The notes: generated from the sequence alone by a model not told the origin. A DNA stretch of 64,000 nucleotides from Oscillospiraceae bacterium (GCA_031282735.1 JAITDE010000018.1:30057-94056); one strand, 5' to 3'; positions 19,244 to 29,160 are shown, counted from the stretch's first letter. Made by a program: numbers and translations.

Positions 19244-20071
19244 ATGATTGGAACATATCGAATGGCTGAGAACAATGCGAATGCGGCAAAACCAATCAAA
19301 AAAAAGGCAGGGTTAACTCTTATAATTGCAATCTCCTTATTCGCAATCTCCTTATTGGCGACAAGCGTAACAGGTCAGCTTTTGAAGCGACACGATGGAA
19401 CTAAAAAAGATTTTTCCGGCAACCATGCGTTGGGTGTGTGCCGGGTTCAGCGATATGCAGACCCTAAAGATGCAAATGCGAGGCCCCATCAAATTGGATC
19501 GAATGATATTTTAGCAATCAAAAACCTTCTGTCGGGCGAATATAAAAACACAGCCCAAGTGATACCGATATATCGGTCGAATGGACAAATTTATTCCGAC
19601 GAATTGAAGAAATCCGTTGTTTTATATGGTATTGCAGCAGAACATGCTTTTCTTTTGAACGAAAAATTGGATCGCCTTGCCGACGACACGTTCTATACGG
19701 CGGGAACTTCAAAGGATTCCATAGAAGCATCAATCGGTGTTTTGGGGGATGAAGATAAACACGGAGTCACAATGACGGATCTAGTCAAAAAAGAATTTTC
19801 GTGCGTTTCAGTGATTGCGGAAGATTCGCCTTTATTGCCCGATGCTGAATTGGAAAGCGAAACGTTGCTTTCTTGTTTCGTCTCAATGGATACTTTTTTA
19901 GAGGTGTTGGAGATTGAGGTGAACCGAGATGTTTCCGATCTTGACAAAGAACTGGAATCCGACAGTTTGTTGTCGCCCATCATCAGTGAGACAATCGTTT
20001 ATGTCTCGGACAATACTTTGACGGATCGTGTCGATACGCTTCTCAAAAGCGCAGGTTATCTTGCGCAGTGA
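19244..20071 (+). CDS. Hypothetical membrane-anchored protein in AT-rich islet
   Basis: 275 aa with one N-terminal TM (LTLIIAISLFAISLLATSV) and an acidic C-terminal half. Codon usage is visibly more AT-rich than the neighbours. The start may be ATG 19262. Confidence 0.6.
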   Translation: MIGTYRMAENNANAAKPIKKKAGLTLIIAISLFAISLLATSVTGQLLKRHDGTKKDFSGNHALGVCRVQRYADPKDANARPHQIGSNDILAIKNLLSGEYKNTAQVIPIYRSNGQIYSDELKKSVVLYGIAAEHAFLLNEKLDRLADDTFYTAGTSKDSIEASIGVLGDEDKHGVTMTDLVKKEFSCVSVIAEDSPLLPDAELESETLLSCFVSMDTFLEVLEIEVNRDVSDLDKELESDSLLSPIISETIVYVSDNTLTDRVDTLLKSAGYLAQ

Positions 20072-20189
20072 TGGGCAATTTTGCAAAACCAGCAACTACG
20101 GAAAAAATACAGTAGGCATAGTAGCATCAGGAACGGACAAAATTAGTGCCATTTCTGTGCCAAGTAATGACCGCACCGGAAATCAAGGA

Positions 20190-20231
20190 ACAAGTCCTTG
20201 ATTCGGCGCGGTCATGAATATAGTTGCTACA
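20190..20231 (+). repeat. 42-nt direct repeat, copy 1
   Basis: ACAAGTCCTTGATTCGGCGCGGTCATGAATATAGTTGCTACA. Its left part also pairs with 20167-20188 to form an imperfect hairpin. Confidence 0.85.
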
Positions 20232-20472
20232 CCCTAGGAGCTTTTGCTACTACCCAAACAAGAAAGCCAATCACAATAACAATACAAATGAATATGGGTA
20301 TCATTGGCACATAAATGGGTAGCTCCAAAAATGGGGTTGCTATCAGTAGAGCTAGAACAATCAGACCAAAAATCGTGATTCCCTTGAAAAACACACGTGT
20401 GCGCGGATGACTTTCTAACAATTGATGCGTATCCACTTTAGCTAGCAACGCCTGTTTGATCTCATTCATCAC
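20227..20472 (-). CDS. Small two-TM membrane protein (81 aa)
   Basis: ORF with two clear hydrophobic helices, bracketed by the 42-nt direct repeats. No recognisable family. Confidence 0.45.
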   Translation of the reverse strand: MMNEIKQALLAKVDTHQLLESHPRTRVFFKGITIFGLIVLALLIATPFLELPIYVPMIPIFICIVIVIGFLVWVVAKAPRV

Positions 20473-20502
20473 GACAGGCTCTCAACTCCTTTCATTCCCT
20501 AC

Positions 20503-20545
20503 ACAAGCCCTCGATTCGGCGCGGTCATGAATATTAGTTGCTACA
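20503..20545 (+). repeat. 42-nt direct repeat, copy 2
   Basis: ACAAGCCCTCGATTCGGCGCGGTCATGAATATTAGTTGCTACA. Has a 22-nt identical core with copy 1, 313 bp away. Confidence 0.85.
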
Positions 20546-20630
20546 ATATTATAAATGATATCGCACAGGGAAACAAAAAAATCAGGTGCACATCATCTGC
20601 ACTCCCCGATTTTTTTTAAAGGTGAATTTC

Positions 20631-20706
20631 TGGCAGGGGCAGAAGGACTTGAACCCTCGACACGCGGTTTTGGAGACCGCTGCTCTACCAACTGAGCTAT
20701 ACCCCT
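20631..20706 (-). tRNA. tRNA-Trp (anticodon CCA)
   Basis: Hand-folded: AGGGGTA/TA/GCTC-AGTTGGTA-GAGC/A/GCGGT-CTCCAAA-ACCGC/GTGTC/GAGGG-TTCAAGT-CCTTC/TGCCCCT/G/CCA. 76 nt. Confidence 0.9.
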
Positions 20707-20764
20707 AATTTGATGAATCGAATAAGGATCGAACGTGATCGCAGTCCGCGCCTCAACAACACAA

Positions 20765-20793
20765 AGTATAACTTTTTTTGTTGCGTTTGTCAA
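20765..20793 (-). promoter_or_regulatory. Promoter of tRNA-Trp
   Basis: Minus strand has TTGACA, a 17-nt spacer and TATACT, ~55 nt upstream of the tRNA 5' end. Confidence 0.5.
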
Positions 20794-20894
20794 GGGGTTT
20801 GCGGATATTTCTCGCGGCAATTTGCAGGGAACGCGGTATGTTCCCTGCAAAATCCACGATCACCGATGTGACATCATGCATTTTTGGCATGATC

Positions 20895-21137
20895 TTACAA
20901 TAAATCCTCCAGCACATCGAGTAAATGGACAGGCGAGAGCTGGATGCGGTTGAATTTGATCGCTAGCGTTTCGACTTTCCTGCGATTGACGGAAACGTCT
21001 GGCGCAAAGCGAACGGGTTTGCCATTGAACATAGCGATCAAGCCGTAGGTGTCGTATGTGCCAACATCAGGATTGTGTCCCTTTGTCATAACGACGGCAT
21101 ATTGGATACTGGTTTGCAGTGCTTTTGGACGTAACAT
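20895..21137 (-). CDS. Small hypothetical protein (80 aa)
   Basis: ORF directly downstream of the GRE gene. It resembles small clostridial proteins of the DUF6514 type from memory only (unverified). Confidence 0.5.
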   Translation of the reverse strand: MLRPKALQTSIQYAVVMTKGHNPDVGTYDTYGLIAMFNGKPVRFAPDVSVNRRKVETLAIKFNRIQLSPVHLLDVLEDLL

Positions 21138-21251
21138 GCTGTGCAGTCCTCCTCTTCATAGTTGTTGCATCCAATATTAAAGAGTTGCGACGCAAAAAAA
21201 AACACCCGAAAGGGTGTTTTTTACAGAATATGTGTTTTTTTATATCGGTAA

Positions 21252-23660
21252 TCAAATTTGATAATCCGCAGCCCAGCCGTGTTGGGTGCGAGCGATGATG
21301 TCGTCTTGTAAATCGCGCGTCAACTGCGTGAAATACGCGGAATACCCGGCGATCCGCACAAGCAAATCGCGGTGATTTTCGGGATCGTTCTGCGCGTCGT
21401 ACAATGTTTTTTGCTCCAGCACGTTGAATTGTATATGCCAGAGCCGCAAATCACGCCATGACTCGATGAACGCCTCAAGTTTTTCGGTGCCGGATTCCCC
21501 CGCAACGCACGCGGGGCTAAGCTTGATGTTGAGCAGACGTGACGCGCGTTCGCGCCGCCCTTGGTTTTTGCTGCTGAAATTGGAAAGCAACACGGCCGTC
21601 GGACCGTTGATGTCCGCGCCCTGCGAGGCACTGCTGCCGTCGCTGAGCGGCGTGAACGCGCGGCGACCGTTCGGCGTTGCGCCGACGACCTTGCCGAACG
21701 GCACATGGCTGGTGAACGGCACCAAACGCAAATCCAAATGCACGCCCAATTCGTGCGAATACCGCGCCGTGTAATCGATCGCGTGGCGATCGAGGAGTTG
21801 CGCGATGGTGTCGGCGTAATCGTCGTCATTGCCGTATTTTGGCGCATGGATCAGCGCTTGCCGCAGGTCTTCAAAGCCGTCAAAATCGGCGCGCAGGGCG
21901 GCTTTTAGCTCGTCGAGCGAAAATAGCTTTTCTTCAAAAATCACTTTTTTGATTGCCGCCAAGCTGTCAACCACAGTTGCGTAGCCGATATATTCAAAAT
22001 AACCCAAATCAATGCCGCAGGGGATGTGCGGTTGGTGGAGATCCACCAAATTTTCGCGGCAGAGCTTGTGTAAAATACTGCCCAGCGGCGTTGCAAAATG
22101 CCGCGCCCGCAGACGGATGATGTGATATTGCTGTTGAAACGCGTGGCGCAGAAAATAGGTTTGTTGCTGCAGAAACGCCTGCAAAAAAGCGTCGTAATCA
22201 GCAAAATCGTCTCCCAAATCCAAACCGATTTTTTCATCGCCGTATTTCCGCATCGTCCCGCCGAAGAGCGTTATTTCGAGCGCGGCGGCAAAGTTGATGT
22301 AGGCGCATGGGGATGTGAACGTGTCGCGGTTCGGCATACGGCATTCCGAACAGCCCGATACGGCGTAATCAAGCGCTTCATCGTATTTTGCGCCTTTTGC
22401 GAGCAGAAGCGGGACCACCTCCTCGTCGTTGATGAGTTTCGGGAATCCGCCGCCGGCTTTGATTGTCTCCGCCACTTCGCGCAGGTAACGCTTCGGGCTG
22501 AGGGTGTGTATACGCGCCGCCAAATCGGGATAATGCAAGGGGAAATCCCGCTTGCTCTTGAGCAATAAATAGGTCAATTCGTTTGTCGCGTCGCGCCCCT
22601 CGGGTGTCTGCCCGCCGATGGTCACCGCCTCCCAATGCGCGTAGCCCTCGTTGAACGCGCCGCCCGTTTCGCTCAAATAAAGGTCGATAAACTGCGCCAT
22701 TTGTACCCATAGGCATTCAAACAACTCCTGCGCCTGCGCCGCCGTGATCGTGCCGTTTGCAATATCCCGCTCATAAAACGGTCGGAGGAATTGATCCATC
22801 CTGCCGTTGGAGATCACTGTTCCCGTCTTTTGTTCGATCCTTGAAAACATTGCAACAAACCATTGGCTTTGAACCGCTTCGCGGAAATCCCGCGCGGGAT
22901 AGGCGGGCACGTGCCTGCAAATTCGGGCAATTTGCCGCAGTTCCGTTTTTCGGATTGCGTCTTTTTCTTTGCCCGCAAGTTCCTCGGCGAGGTCGGCATA
23001 GCGGTTAGCCCACAAGATAATCGCGTCGCCCGCGAGCAGCAAGGCTTCGATGAACGGTCGTTTTTCGCTTTGATCCACAGGACTGTCCGGGTCAAGGGCG
23101 TTCAGCCGCGCAAAGAGTTCCGCCTGTATGCCTGTTAACCCTTTTTGCAGAACAATTTCGTAGTCGTGTACCCATTGGATGGACGAACGGAAAGAACTTG
23201 TTTCGTTGACGATAAAGCGCGAGCTGAGATCCGTGTTGTATGTCAGTTTTACGGTTTCGGGCGATAGGGCTTGCGCAAGGGCCTCATGGTAGGTTTTTCC
23301 CTGCCAATACGGCGCGATATCGCGCTGAATCGCAAGCGCGTCCGCTGGTGCGATATCAAAGGGCGAATAAGCGCGTTCGGGCAATTTTGCAACCGCGTCC
23401 CCCAGCACGTTGCCGTCCAATTCGGGATAGAGTATGCCGTAACGTCCCGGTTTTGCGCTTGCGCGCCCAACGATCAGCTGATCTTCATCAATTGAAATGC
23501 TTGCGTTTTGCGCATAACGCAAGAGCGCTTTCGCCCAGCGAAGAGGCAACGCCTGCCCCTCGGTTTGTTTGAACGATTGTGTAAAATACAAGCTCCGTTC
23601 AATGTCGATTGTCGGTTTTTGGTCTTGGATTTTTTGCAGGAGCACTTTTGCGCGGCTCAT
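21252..23660 (-). CDS. Glycyl radical enzyme, PFL2/1,2-eliminase-like (802 aa), substrate unknown
   Basis: C-terminal glycyl loop LVRIAGYSAYFTQLTRDLQDDIIARTQH. Thiyl loop VSGCSECRMPN (G-C-x-E, not the Cys-Cys of true PFL). Length is typical of HypD/IslA/GD-type enzymes. The ATG overlaps the upstream stop (ATGA). Confidence 0.92.
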   Translation of the reverse strand: MSRAKVLLQKIQDQKPTIDIERSLYFTQSFKQTEGQALPLRWAKALLRYAQNASISIDEDQLIVGRASAKPGRYGILYPELDGNVLGDAVAKLPERAYSPFDIAPADALAIQRDIAPYWQGKTYHEALAQALSPETVKLTYNTDLSSRFIVNETSSFRSSIQWVHDYEIVLQKGLTGIQAELFARLNALDPDSPVDQSEKRPFIEALLLAGDAIILWANRYADLAEELAGKEKDAIRKTELRQIARICRHVPAYPARDFREAVQSQWFVAMFSRIEQKTGTVISNGRMDQFLRPFYERDIANGTITAAQAQELFECLWVQMAQFIDLYLSETGGAFNEGYAHWEAVTIGGQTPEGRDATNELTYLLLKSKRDFPLHYPDLAARIHTLSPKRYLREVAETIKAGGGFPKLINDEEVVPLLLAKGAKYDEALDYAVSGCSECRMPNRDTFTSPCAYINFAAALEITLFGGTMRKYGDEKIGLDLGDDFADYDAFLQAFLQQQTYFLRHAFQQQYHIIRLRARHFATPLGSILHKLCRENLVDLHQPHIPCGIDLGYFEYIGYATVVDSLAAIKKVIFEEKLFSLDELKAALRADFDGFEDLRQALIHAPKYGNDDDYADTIAQLLDRHAIDYTARYSHELGVHLDLRLVPFTSHVPFGKVVGATPNGRRAFTPLSDGSSASQGADINGPTAVLLSNFSSKNQGRRERASRLLNIKLSPACVAGESGTEKLEAFIESWRDLRLWHIQFNVLEQKTLYDAQNDPENHRDLLVRIAGYSAYFTQLTRDLQDDIIARTQHGWAADYQI

Positions 23661-24961
23661 CCCTCCACCTCCTGATCAATAATGGAAAGCACGTCGTCCA
23701 GCACCTCAAACGCGCCGCGCAGTTCCGCTTCAGTGATAATCAGCGGCGGCGTGATGTTGATGTTGTTTTCGCGCCCGTATGTTGAAAATCCGCGTTCGCG
23801 CAGCAGTTTGAAGACGCGCGGCATGATTGTGTTCGGCTGACCGTAGGGCGCGATCGGCTCTTTTTTCGCGCGGTTTTTCACCAGTTCAACCGCCGAAAAC
23901 AAACCGATATAGCGCACGTCGCCGACGCAGGGATGTTTGCTTTTTTGTTCTTCGAGCAACGCGCCCAAGAGCTTGCCGCGCGCGGCGGTTTGCGCAAAAA
24001 TCGCGTTGTCTTCGTAATATTGCAGTGTCGCAAGCCCCGCCGCGCAGGCGAGCGCGTGCCCCGAATAGGTCAATCCAAATTGAAACACCCTGTCCTGATA
24101 AAAACGCGCGACCGCGTCCGAAACAATCACGCCGCCCAGCGGCACGTAACCGCAGGTGATCCCCTTCGCAAAACTGACAATATCCGGCTCAATATCCCAG
24201 TGCCGGAATCCGAACGCTTTGCCCGTGCGTCCAAATCCCGCCATGACTTCATCGCAGACAAGCAGAATGCCATATTTTTTTGTCAATGCGCGCAATCCTT
24301 GCAAATAGCCGTCGGGCGGAATGATAATCCCGTTTGCGCCCGTGACGCTCTCGACGAATACCGCCGCAATCTCTTTTGGGTTCTCGTGTTGTATCTGCTC
24401 CTCAAGCTCAGCAAGATAGCTCTCCGCCGTTCCGCCGCGCCGATAGACATAGGGATCAAAAAACTTGAGGAAGCCGTTCGCGGCGGGGTTTTCGAGCGCA
24501 AAACGGCGGGGATCGCCCGAGATGTTCCCGCTGCCCAAGGTCGAGCCGTGGTAACTGCGGTAACGCGAGAGGATTTTTGAACGCCCCGTGACGGTACGCG
24601 CCATGTTCAGCGCGGCCTCGTTGGCATCGCTTCCGCCGCAGGTGAAGAACACCTTCGCAAAGTGTCCGCCCGCCAATTGCACCAGCTTTTGCGCCAAGCG
24701 GCTTTTCGTCTCAAAGGCGTGTGCCGGCGCGACATAGGCGAAATCGTCCAACTGCGCTTTGATTGCCTCTTTGATTGGATCAATCGAAAAGCCTAGGTTC
24801 GAACAGCTCAGCTGGCATGACATGTCATAATATCGTTTGCCGTCATAATCATAAAAGTATATTCCCTCGCCGCGGGCGATTGCAAGCGGTTCTGTGTTCC
24901 CGGGTAACCATGGATGCTGGTTGTATTGCTGATCCAAAAGCAATATTTCTTCTTTTTTCAT
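23657..24961 (-). CDS. Class III (omega-) aminotransferase, amine:pyruvate type
   Basis: 434 aa from ATG 24961 (ATGA overlap with the MFS stop). Motifs: GGSDANEAA, DEVMAGFGRTG, and the PLP-Lys motif SFAKGITCGYVPLGG typical of taurine/beta-alanine:pyruvate-type omega-transaminases. Confidence 0.88.
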   Translation of the reverse strand: MKKEEILLLDQQYNQHPWLPGNTEPLAIARGEGIYFYDYDGKRYYDMSCQLSCSNLGFSIDPIKEAIKAQLDDFAYVAPAHAFETKSRLAQKLVQLAGGHFAKVFFTCGGSDANEAALNMARTVTGRSKILSRYRSYHGSTLGSGNISGDPRRFALENPAANGFLKFFDPYVYRRGGTAESYLAELEEQIQHENPKEIAAVFVESVTGANGIIIPPDGYLQGLRALTKKYGILLVCDEVMAGFGRTGKAFGFRHWDIEPDIVSFAKGITCGYVPLGGVIVSDAVARFYQDRVFQFGLTYSGHALACAAGLATLQYYEDNAIFAQTAARGKLLGALLEEQKSKHPCVGDVRYIGLFSAVELVKNRAKKEPIAPYGQPNTIMPRVFKLLRERGFSTYGRENNINITPPLIITEAELRGAFEVLDDVLSIIDQEVEG

Positions 24962-26172
24962 GCCGTCTTTTTCCTTTCTTTGATGAACAGGACGGATAGG
25001 AAGCTCAAACCGAGCGACGCGATGCAGTAGGGAAACAAAATCTTGAGCCCCCAGCGCGTATGGTCGCTCAAAAAGCCGCTGGCAATGGGTGTGATCACCA
25101 TTGCAAGGGTCATCACCATGTTGAATGCGGCCGTTGCGCCGCCAATCTTTTTGCCGTCCGATAGTTCCAGCAAAAACGGATAAAGGTTTGTCAGCGCGGC
25201 GGCGAAACCCGCGCCTGTGAAGAAGAAACACGCGAACATCGCCAATCCCAATCCTTTTTGCAAACTTGCCAGCGCAAACGCCGCCGCCATGATAGCAATC
25301 CCCAGCAACAGCAAGCGTTTTCGCGCAAATCGTTTTGCCAGCTTTGCCGATGGGATGGAAAACAGCACCGCCGCCAACAGCGTCAGCCCCTGCGGCAGGA
25401 CGAATTGCTGCTTGTTCAGACGCAGTATGTCCACGGCGTAATTCGAGAGACTCGACACCAGCCCGTTGTAGGCAACATAAAAGAAGAACACGCCGGCCAG
25501 CAACAATATGCGGTTATTCGTTTGCGCGGAGTCGGTGGTGTTTTGTTCCGCCGTGGTTGCCGCTTGCGCCGTCCACGCGCGCTCTTTGACCGTGAAAAGA
25601 AACGCCGCAATCAACGGCAGCATCAATGCCGCGCTTGCGTAAAAAATGGTATGATACCCATGCGGAGCGGCAAGCGAAATCAACACGATCCCAGCGACCG
25701 TGCAAAGGATACTCACGATATCGGTGATTGCCTGGGCGGTGCGGCGGTGTTCCAAGGGCGTAAAATCGGGCAATATTGCAAGCGACGCGGGGCGCGAAAA
25801 AGCGATGCTCGCAAGCGATCCGCCGAGTAAAATCAAAAACAGCCATTTCGATTGCAATCCGAGCGCAAGTCCCGTGCCGATCCAAAGCAATGCCGCCAGC
25901 ACACCGCCGGCAATTGCGAAGGGCGTGCGCTTCCCCCACCGGGATTTGCTTTTGTCGCTCAGCCAGCCGAACAGCGGCAGCAAAAACAGCCCGAGGATAT
26001 TATCCAGCGCCATGACGATGCCTTTGAGTGTGAAGTTCAGAGCCAAGCCGCCGTCCTCAGGTGAGGCGGTTAGAATCACGGGCAAGCCGTTGTCCAGCAC
26101 GGCGTTGAAAATCGATATCCACGCATAGGGCAGCGAGAGCAACAGTGTGCGTTTGACTGAAAATTTTTCCAT
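24958..26172 (-). CDS. MFS transporter, GPH/MFSD2-like
   Basis: 12-TM-like hydrophobicity. Loop 2-3 motif GWLSDKSKSRWGKRTPF is characteristic of glycoside-pentoside-hexuronide-type symporters. ATG at 26172 (MEKFSVKRTLL...). Confidence 0.82.
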   Translation of the reverse strand: MEKFSVKRTLLLSLPYAWISIFNAVLDNGLPVILTASPEDGGLALNFTLKGIVMALDNILGLFLLPLFGWLSDKSKSRWGKRTPFAIAGGVLAALLWIGTGLALGLQSKWLFLILLGGSLASIAFSRPASLAILPDFTPLEHRRTAQAITDIVSILCTVAGIVLISLAAPHGYHTIFYASAALMLPLIAAFLFTVKERAWTAQAATTAEQNTTDSAQTNNRILLLAGVFFFYVAYNGLVSSLSNYAVDILRLNKQQFVLPQGLTLLAAVLFSIPSAKLAKRFARKRLLLLGIAIMAAAFALASLQKGLGLAMFACFFFTGAGFAAALTNLYPFLLELSDGKKIGGATAAFNMVMTLAMVITPIASGFLSDHTRWGLKILFPYCIASLGLSFLSVLFIKERKKTA

Positions 26173-26222
26173 AAAGATATTTCTCTCCCAATCGAATGAA
26201 TGATTTTTCTTAAATCCAGCGT

Positions 26223-27827
26223 CTAGCGTCCGGCACCGTAAAGGTTCCCTTCTAAAATATATGGCGCAATTTTGAAAATGGCGCGTGACAATAAGCACAG
26301 CAAGGGATTGTTGTTCAAATAGGCAAACGAAAGTTTGCACAAATTTGCGGCGATGCTTTCAAACGTCGGCGTGCTGCGCGGTGTGATTTTGACGCGCTTG
26401 CCGCGAAATTGAATGAGAAACGTGTTGCTCACGCAAGTTTGAATGGGTCTAATGTTGATGTAAAGTGTGTTTTCGTCGCGCCATTGCGCCCATGCGTAGG
26501 TATCAAACCGAAAGCCCGCCAACGCAACGCTTCCAACGCGGTATTGACCGTCCAAACCCAATGGAATCGTGTTTTTCCAATCGCCCTCCCGCCATGAAAA
26601 CCGCGCTTCGCCGTCCGAAAAATCAAATTGCAGGTCGGTCATGTTGCCCGCGCGATCAATGCACATTTGGTTGACCGTCATGGGTAGCAAGCCCTGCGGA
26701 TAACCCGCAACATTGAGCAAAAGCTGTTTGCGCAGTTTGATTGTTTTGCCGTTCAGCCAAGCCTCCCGCTTTGGAACGCGCGGGGATATCGGCGGCACCG
26801 GAAAACTGAGCGATTGCTCCCGTTCGCGCAAAGCCGCCAATACCTGCGGATCTGACGGACGATCGCCGTCAAAAAAGCCGACGGGGAAGTGCGGATAGAT
26901 CAAATCGAACGGCTTTTGCTCATCGGCATCCGCGCCGAAATAGACAAATACGGCGTCATAATCGCGCATAACGAAACCGTGCTGGCAGAACATACCACGC
27001 GCCGCAAACGCGTTTTGCTGTTGGCACATCCAAAATTGATAGCCGTAGCCTTTGTTGCTGTCGGCTTTGAGATTGTCCGCGTTGCCGCTTTGCTTGCGCG
27101 TCGCTTCCCGCGCCCACCAAGCGGGAATGATCTGTTTGCCCTGCCATCTGCCGTCGTCGAGATAACACTGCATGAACTTCGCGCTGTCTTCCAGTTTCCA
27201 GATCACGCCCCAACCGCCGCCGGGGTTTCCGTCGTGATCGGTTTCGGTGAACGGCACATCAATGCCAAGCGGTTCAAACAGGCGCGGTGTGAGATATTCC
27301 CACATGGTCTGCCCCGTCAGCTTGCGAATGAGCACACTGAACAGATAGGCGCATTCGTTTGTATAGTGGAAGATATTCCCCGGCGGATCGCGCAGCGGAC
27401 TTTGCAGATAGTCTTTGATCCAATCGGGAGAGCTATTTTGATGAAAAACGTCGAACGCCAAACCTGAAGTCATTGTTATCACGTGCCGCAGGGTGATCAT
27501 ATCCCATAATGCCGCTTTTTTGGCCGGTCTGTATTCAGGAAAATATTTGCCCAATTTGTCGTCGAGGGAAAACAAGCCATCATCCGCGGCAAAGCCCGCC
27601 GCCGTGGCGGCAATACTTTTGCTGAACGAGTAGATGCTGTGCGGGATTTCGGCGGCATACGGTTTGCGGTATTGCTCAAACACGATCTTGCCGTGGCGCA
27701 GGATCATCAATCCGTGGTGTTCAAACCGGTTGCGGTCGAACGTATCGAGTAAATCCAAAATATGCCGCGCGGACACGCCGACTTCTTCCGGTGTTTGCGC
27801 GCGCGGCAAGCGGCTAGTGTTATTCAA
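26223..27827 (-). CDS. Beta-lactamase-fold serine hydrolase (esterase/amidase) with ~200-aa C-terminal extra domain
   Basis: SxxK (YSFSKSIAA) and YxN (HYTNE) motifs. The TTG start overlaps the upstream stop by 8 nt. Ends with a normal TAG stop. Confidence 0.82.
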   Translation of the reverse strand: MNNTSRLPRAQTPEEVGVSARHILDLLDTFDRNRFEHHGLMILRHGKIVFEQYRKPYAAEIPHSIYSFSKSIAATAAGFAADDGLFSLDDKLGKYFPEYRPAKKAALWDMITLRHVITMTSGLAFDVFHQNSSPDWIKDYLQSPLRDPPGNIFHYTNECAYLFSVLIRKLTGQTMWEYLTPRLFEPLGIDVPFTETDHDGNPGGGWGVIWKLEDSAKFMQCYLDDGRWQGKQIIPAWWAREATRKQSGNADNLKADSNKGYGYQFWMCQQQNAFAARGMFCQHGFVMRDYDAVFVYFGADADEQKPFDLIYPHFPVGFFDGDRPSDPQVLAALREREQSLSFPVPPISPRVPKREAWLNGKTIKLRKQLLLNVAGYPQGLLPMTVNQMCIDRAGNMTDLQFDFSDGEARFSWREGDWKNTIPLGLDGQYRVGSVALAGFRFDTYAWAQWRDENTLYINIRPIQTCVSNTFLIQFRGKRVKITPRSTPTFESIAANLCKLSFAYLNNNPLLCLLSRAIFKIAPYILEGNLYGAGR

Positions 27828-29160
27828 ATGAAAACACCCCGCCGTCTGTCATAAAACGACTGTATGCGCCCTTGATCAATTGATTCACGACGGATGGGTC
27901 GTTGACGGCGGCGCGCATGCCATATAAGGCGGCGCTGCCCTGCGCAAATTGTTCCGGATGCGCTTTGACCTCGGCGACGGCATCCCGCAAGTCGTTCAAA
28001 AAATCATCCGCGACATCCGCGTGGGCAGGTGTTACCATGAAGTGCAGATTTGCGGGATTCACCTGTTGGTCGATCACCCAACCTTTGCGCTCCAGCGCGT
28101 CGGCGAGCGCATGCACGTTGAGGATATCGCTGGCAAAAGCGAAAATGCCCGCAGGGGGATCTCCGAGCACGTGCAGTTCGGGGATTGCCCGAATGCCCGC
28201 AAGCAGTTTTTGGGTTGTTTCCAATACGCCTTGGGTGATGCGCAGGTAGCCGTCGCGCCCAATACAGCGCAACGCCGCCCAAGCCGACGCAATTGCCCCG
28301 CCCGGCCGCGTGCCTGTCGCGCTGGGCGAAATGAATAACCCGCCCGGCCAATCGCCGTAGGCAAAATATTGATACTCCCGCAGTGCGGCATCACGATAAA
28401 GCAGTGCCGAAACGCCCTTTGCGGCGAAAGCATATTTGTGCAAATCGGCTGAAATACTACTGACGCCAGGCAGTTCAAAATCGAACGCGGGCACGTCGCC
28501 GCCCAACGCGCGGATAAACGGCAGTGTAAATCCACCGAGGCAGGCATCCACATGCAGGCGCAAATGGTATTTGAGCGCAAGCTGAGATAGCTCTTCAATC
28601 GGATCAATCACGCCGTGCGGATATTGCGGCGCGGAACCGACGAGCAAAATCGTGTTGGGTGTGATCAATTGTTCGATGGCGTTCACGTCCGCGCGGTAGT
28701 CGTCGGCAAGGGGGGCGTGGATCAGCCTCAATCCAAAGTAGTGCGCGGCCTTTTCAAACGCCGCGTGGACGCTAATGGGCACAATGACCTCAGGCTGTGC
28801 AATTTCGGGTTTCAGTGCGCGCGCTTCATCGCGGTATGTTTTGAGCGCCATCAAGATGCTCTCGCTGCCGCCGCTTGTGAGCGCTCCAACCACAGACGCA
28901 TCGCCGTGGAAAAGATCCGCCGTCATGGAAAGCGTTTCGGTCTCAAGCCGTTTGAGGCTTTGGAACACGAAAGGATTCAATCCGTTGGCGTGAAAATATT
29001 TCAAGTATGCTTCTTCCGCCAATTGGGTGATTTCGTCCCCCGCGTAGTACACCAAGCTCCAAGTTTTGCCGCCTTTCCAGTCGCCGTCCTGCTTTTTGTA
29101 GTCGTCCAGTGCTTGCAGGACTTCCGCGCGTGGCAAACCTTCCTGCGGAAATTTCGTCAT
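27820..29160 (-). CDS. Fold-type I PLP enzyme, sphingosine-1-phosphate-lyase-like / group II decarboxylase family
   Basis: PLP-Lys block SISADLHKYAFAAKGVSALLYRD closely resembles the S1P-lyase consensus (SISADxHKYGFAPKG.S.LLY). No N-terminal TM. ATG 29160 (or GTG 29163) lies behind GGAG. Confidence 0.8.
   Translation of the reverse strand: MTKFPQEGLPRAEVLQALDDYKKQDGDWKGGKTWSLVYYAGDEITQLAEEAYLKYFHANGLNPFVFQSLKRLETETLSMTADLFHGDASVVGALTSGGSESILMALKTYRDEARALKPEIAQPEVIVPISVHAAFEKAAHYFGLRLIHAPLADDYRADVNAIEQLITPNTILLVGSAPQYPHGVIDPIEELSQLALKYHLRLHVDACLGGFTLPFIRALGGDVPAFDFELPGVSSISADLHKYAFAAKGVSALLYRDAALREYQYFAYGDWPGGLFISPSATGTRPGGAIASAWAALRCIGRDGYLRITQGVLETTQKLLAGIRAIPELHVLGDPPAGIFAFASDILNVHALADALERKGWVIDQQVNPANLHFMVTPAHADVADDFLNDLRDAVAEVKAHPEQFAQGSAALYGMRAAVNDPSVVNQLIKGAYSRFMTDGGVFSFE

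Noticed and set aside
19040-20706. Integrated prophage or ICE at tRNA-Trp
   Set aside because: There are no integrase, recombinase or phage genes. The direct repeats do not include the tRNA 3' end, and the islet is only ~1.6 kb. It is kept only as a compositional islet finding.
20593-20850. 85-aa ORF overlapping tRNA-Trp
   Set aside because: It reads through the tRNA gene and its promoter. The tRNA cloverleaf is unambiguous.
20822-20850. 11-bp-stem hairpin TTGCAGGGAAC-N7-GTTCCCTGCAA as the terminator of the small ORF at 20895
   Set aside because: The stem is real, but no U-run follows on the minus strand. It is left unannotated because its function is unclear.
24962-25231. 90-codon N-terminal extension of the aminotransferase ORF; the same issue applies to 26173..26340 (MFS) and 48098..48337 (oxidoreductase)
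   Set aside because: The extensions overlap the preceding gene in another frame and lack family similarity. Internal ATGs with an RBS or ATGA coupling coincide with the conserved N-termini.
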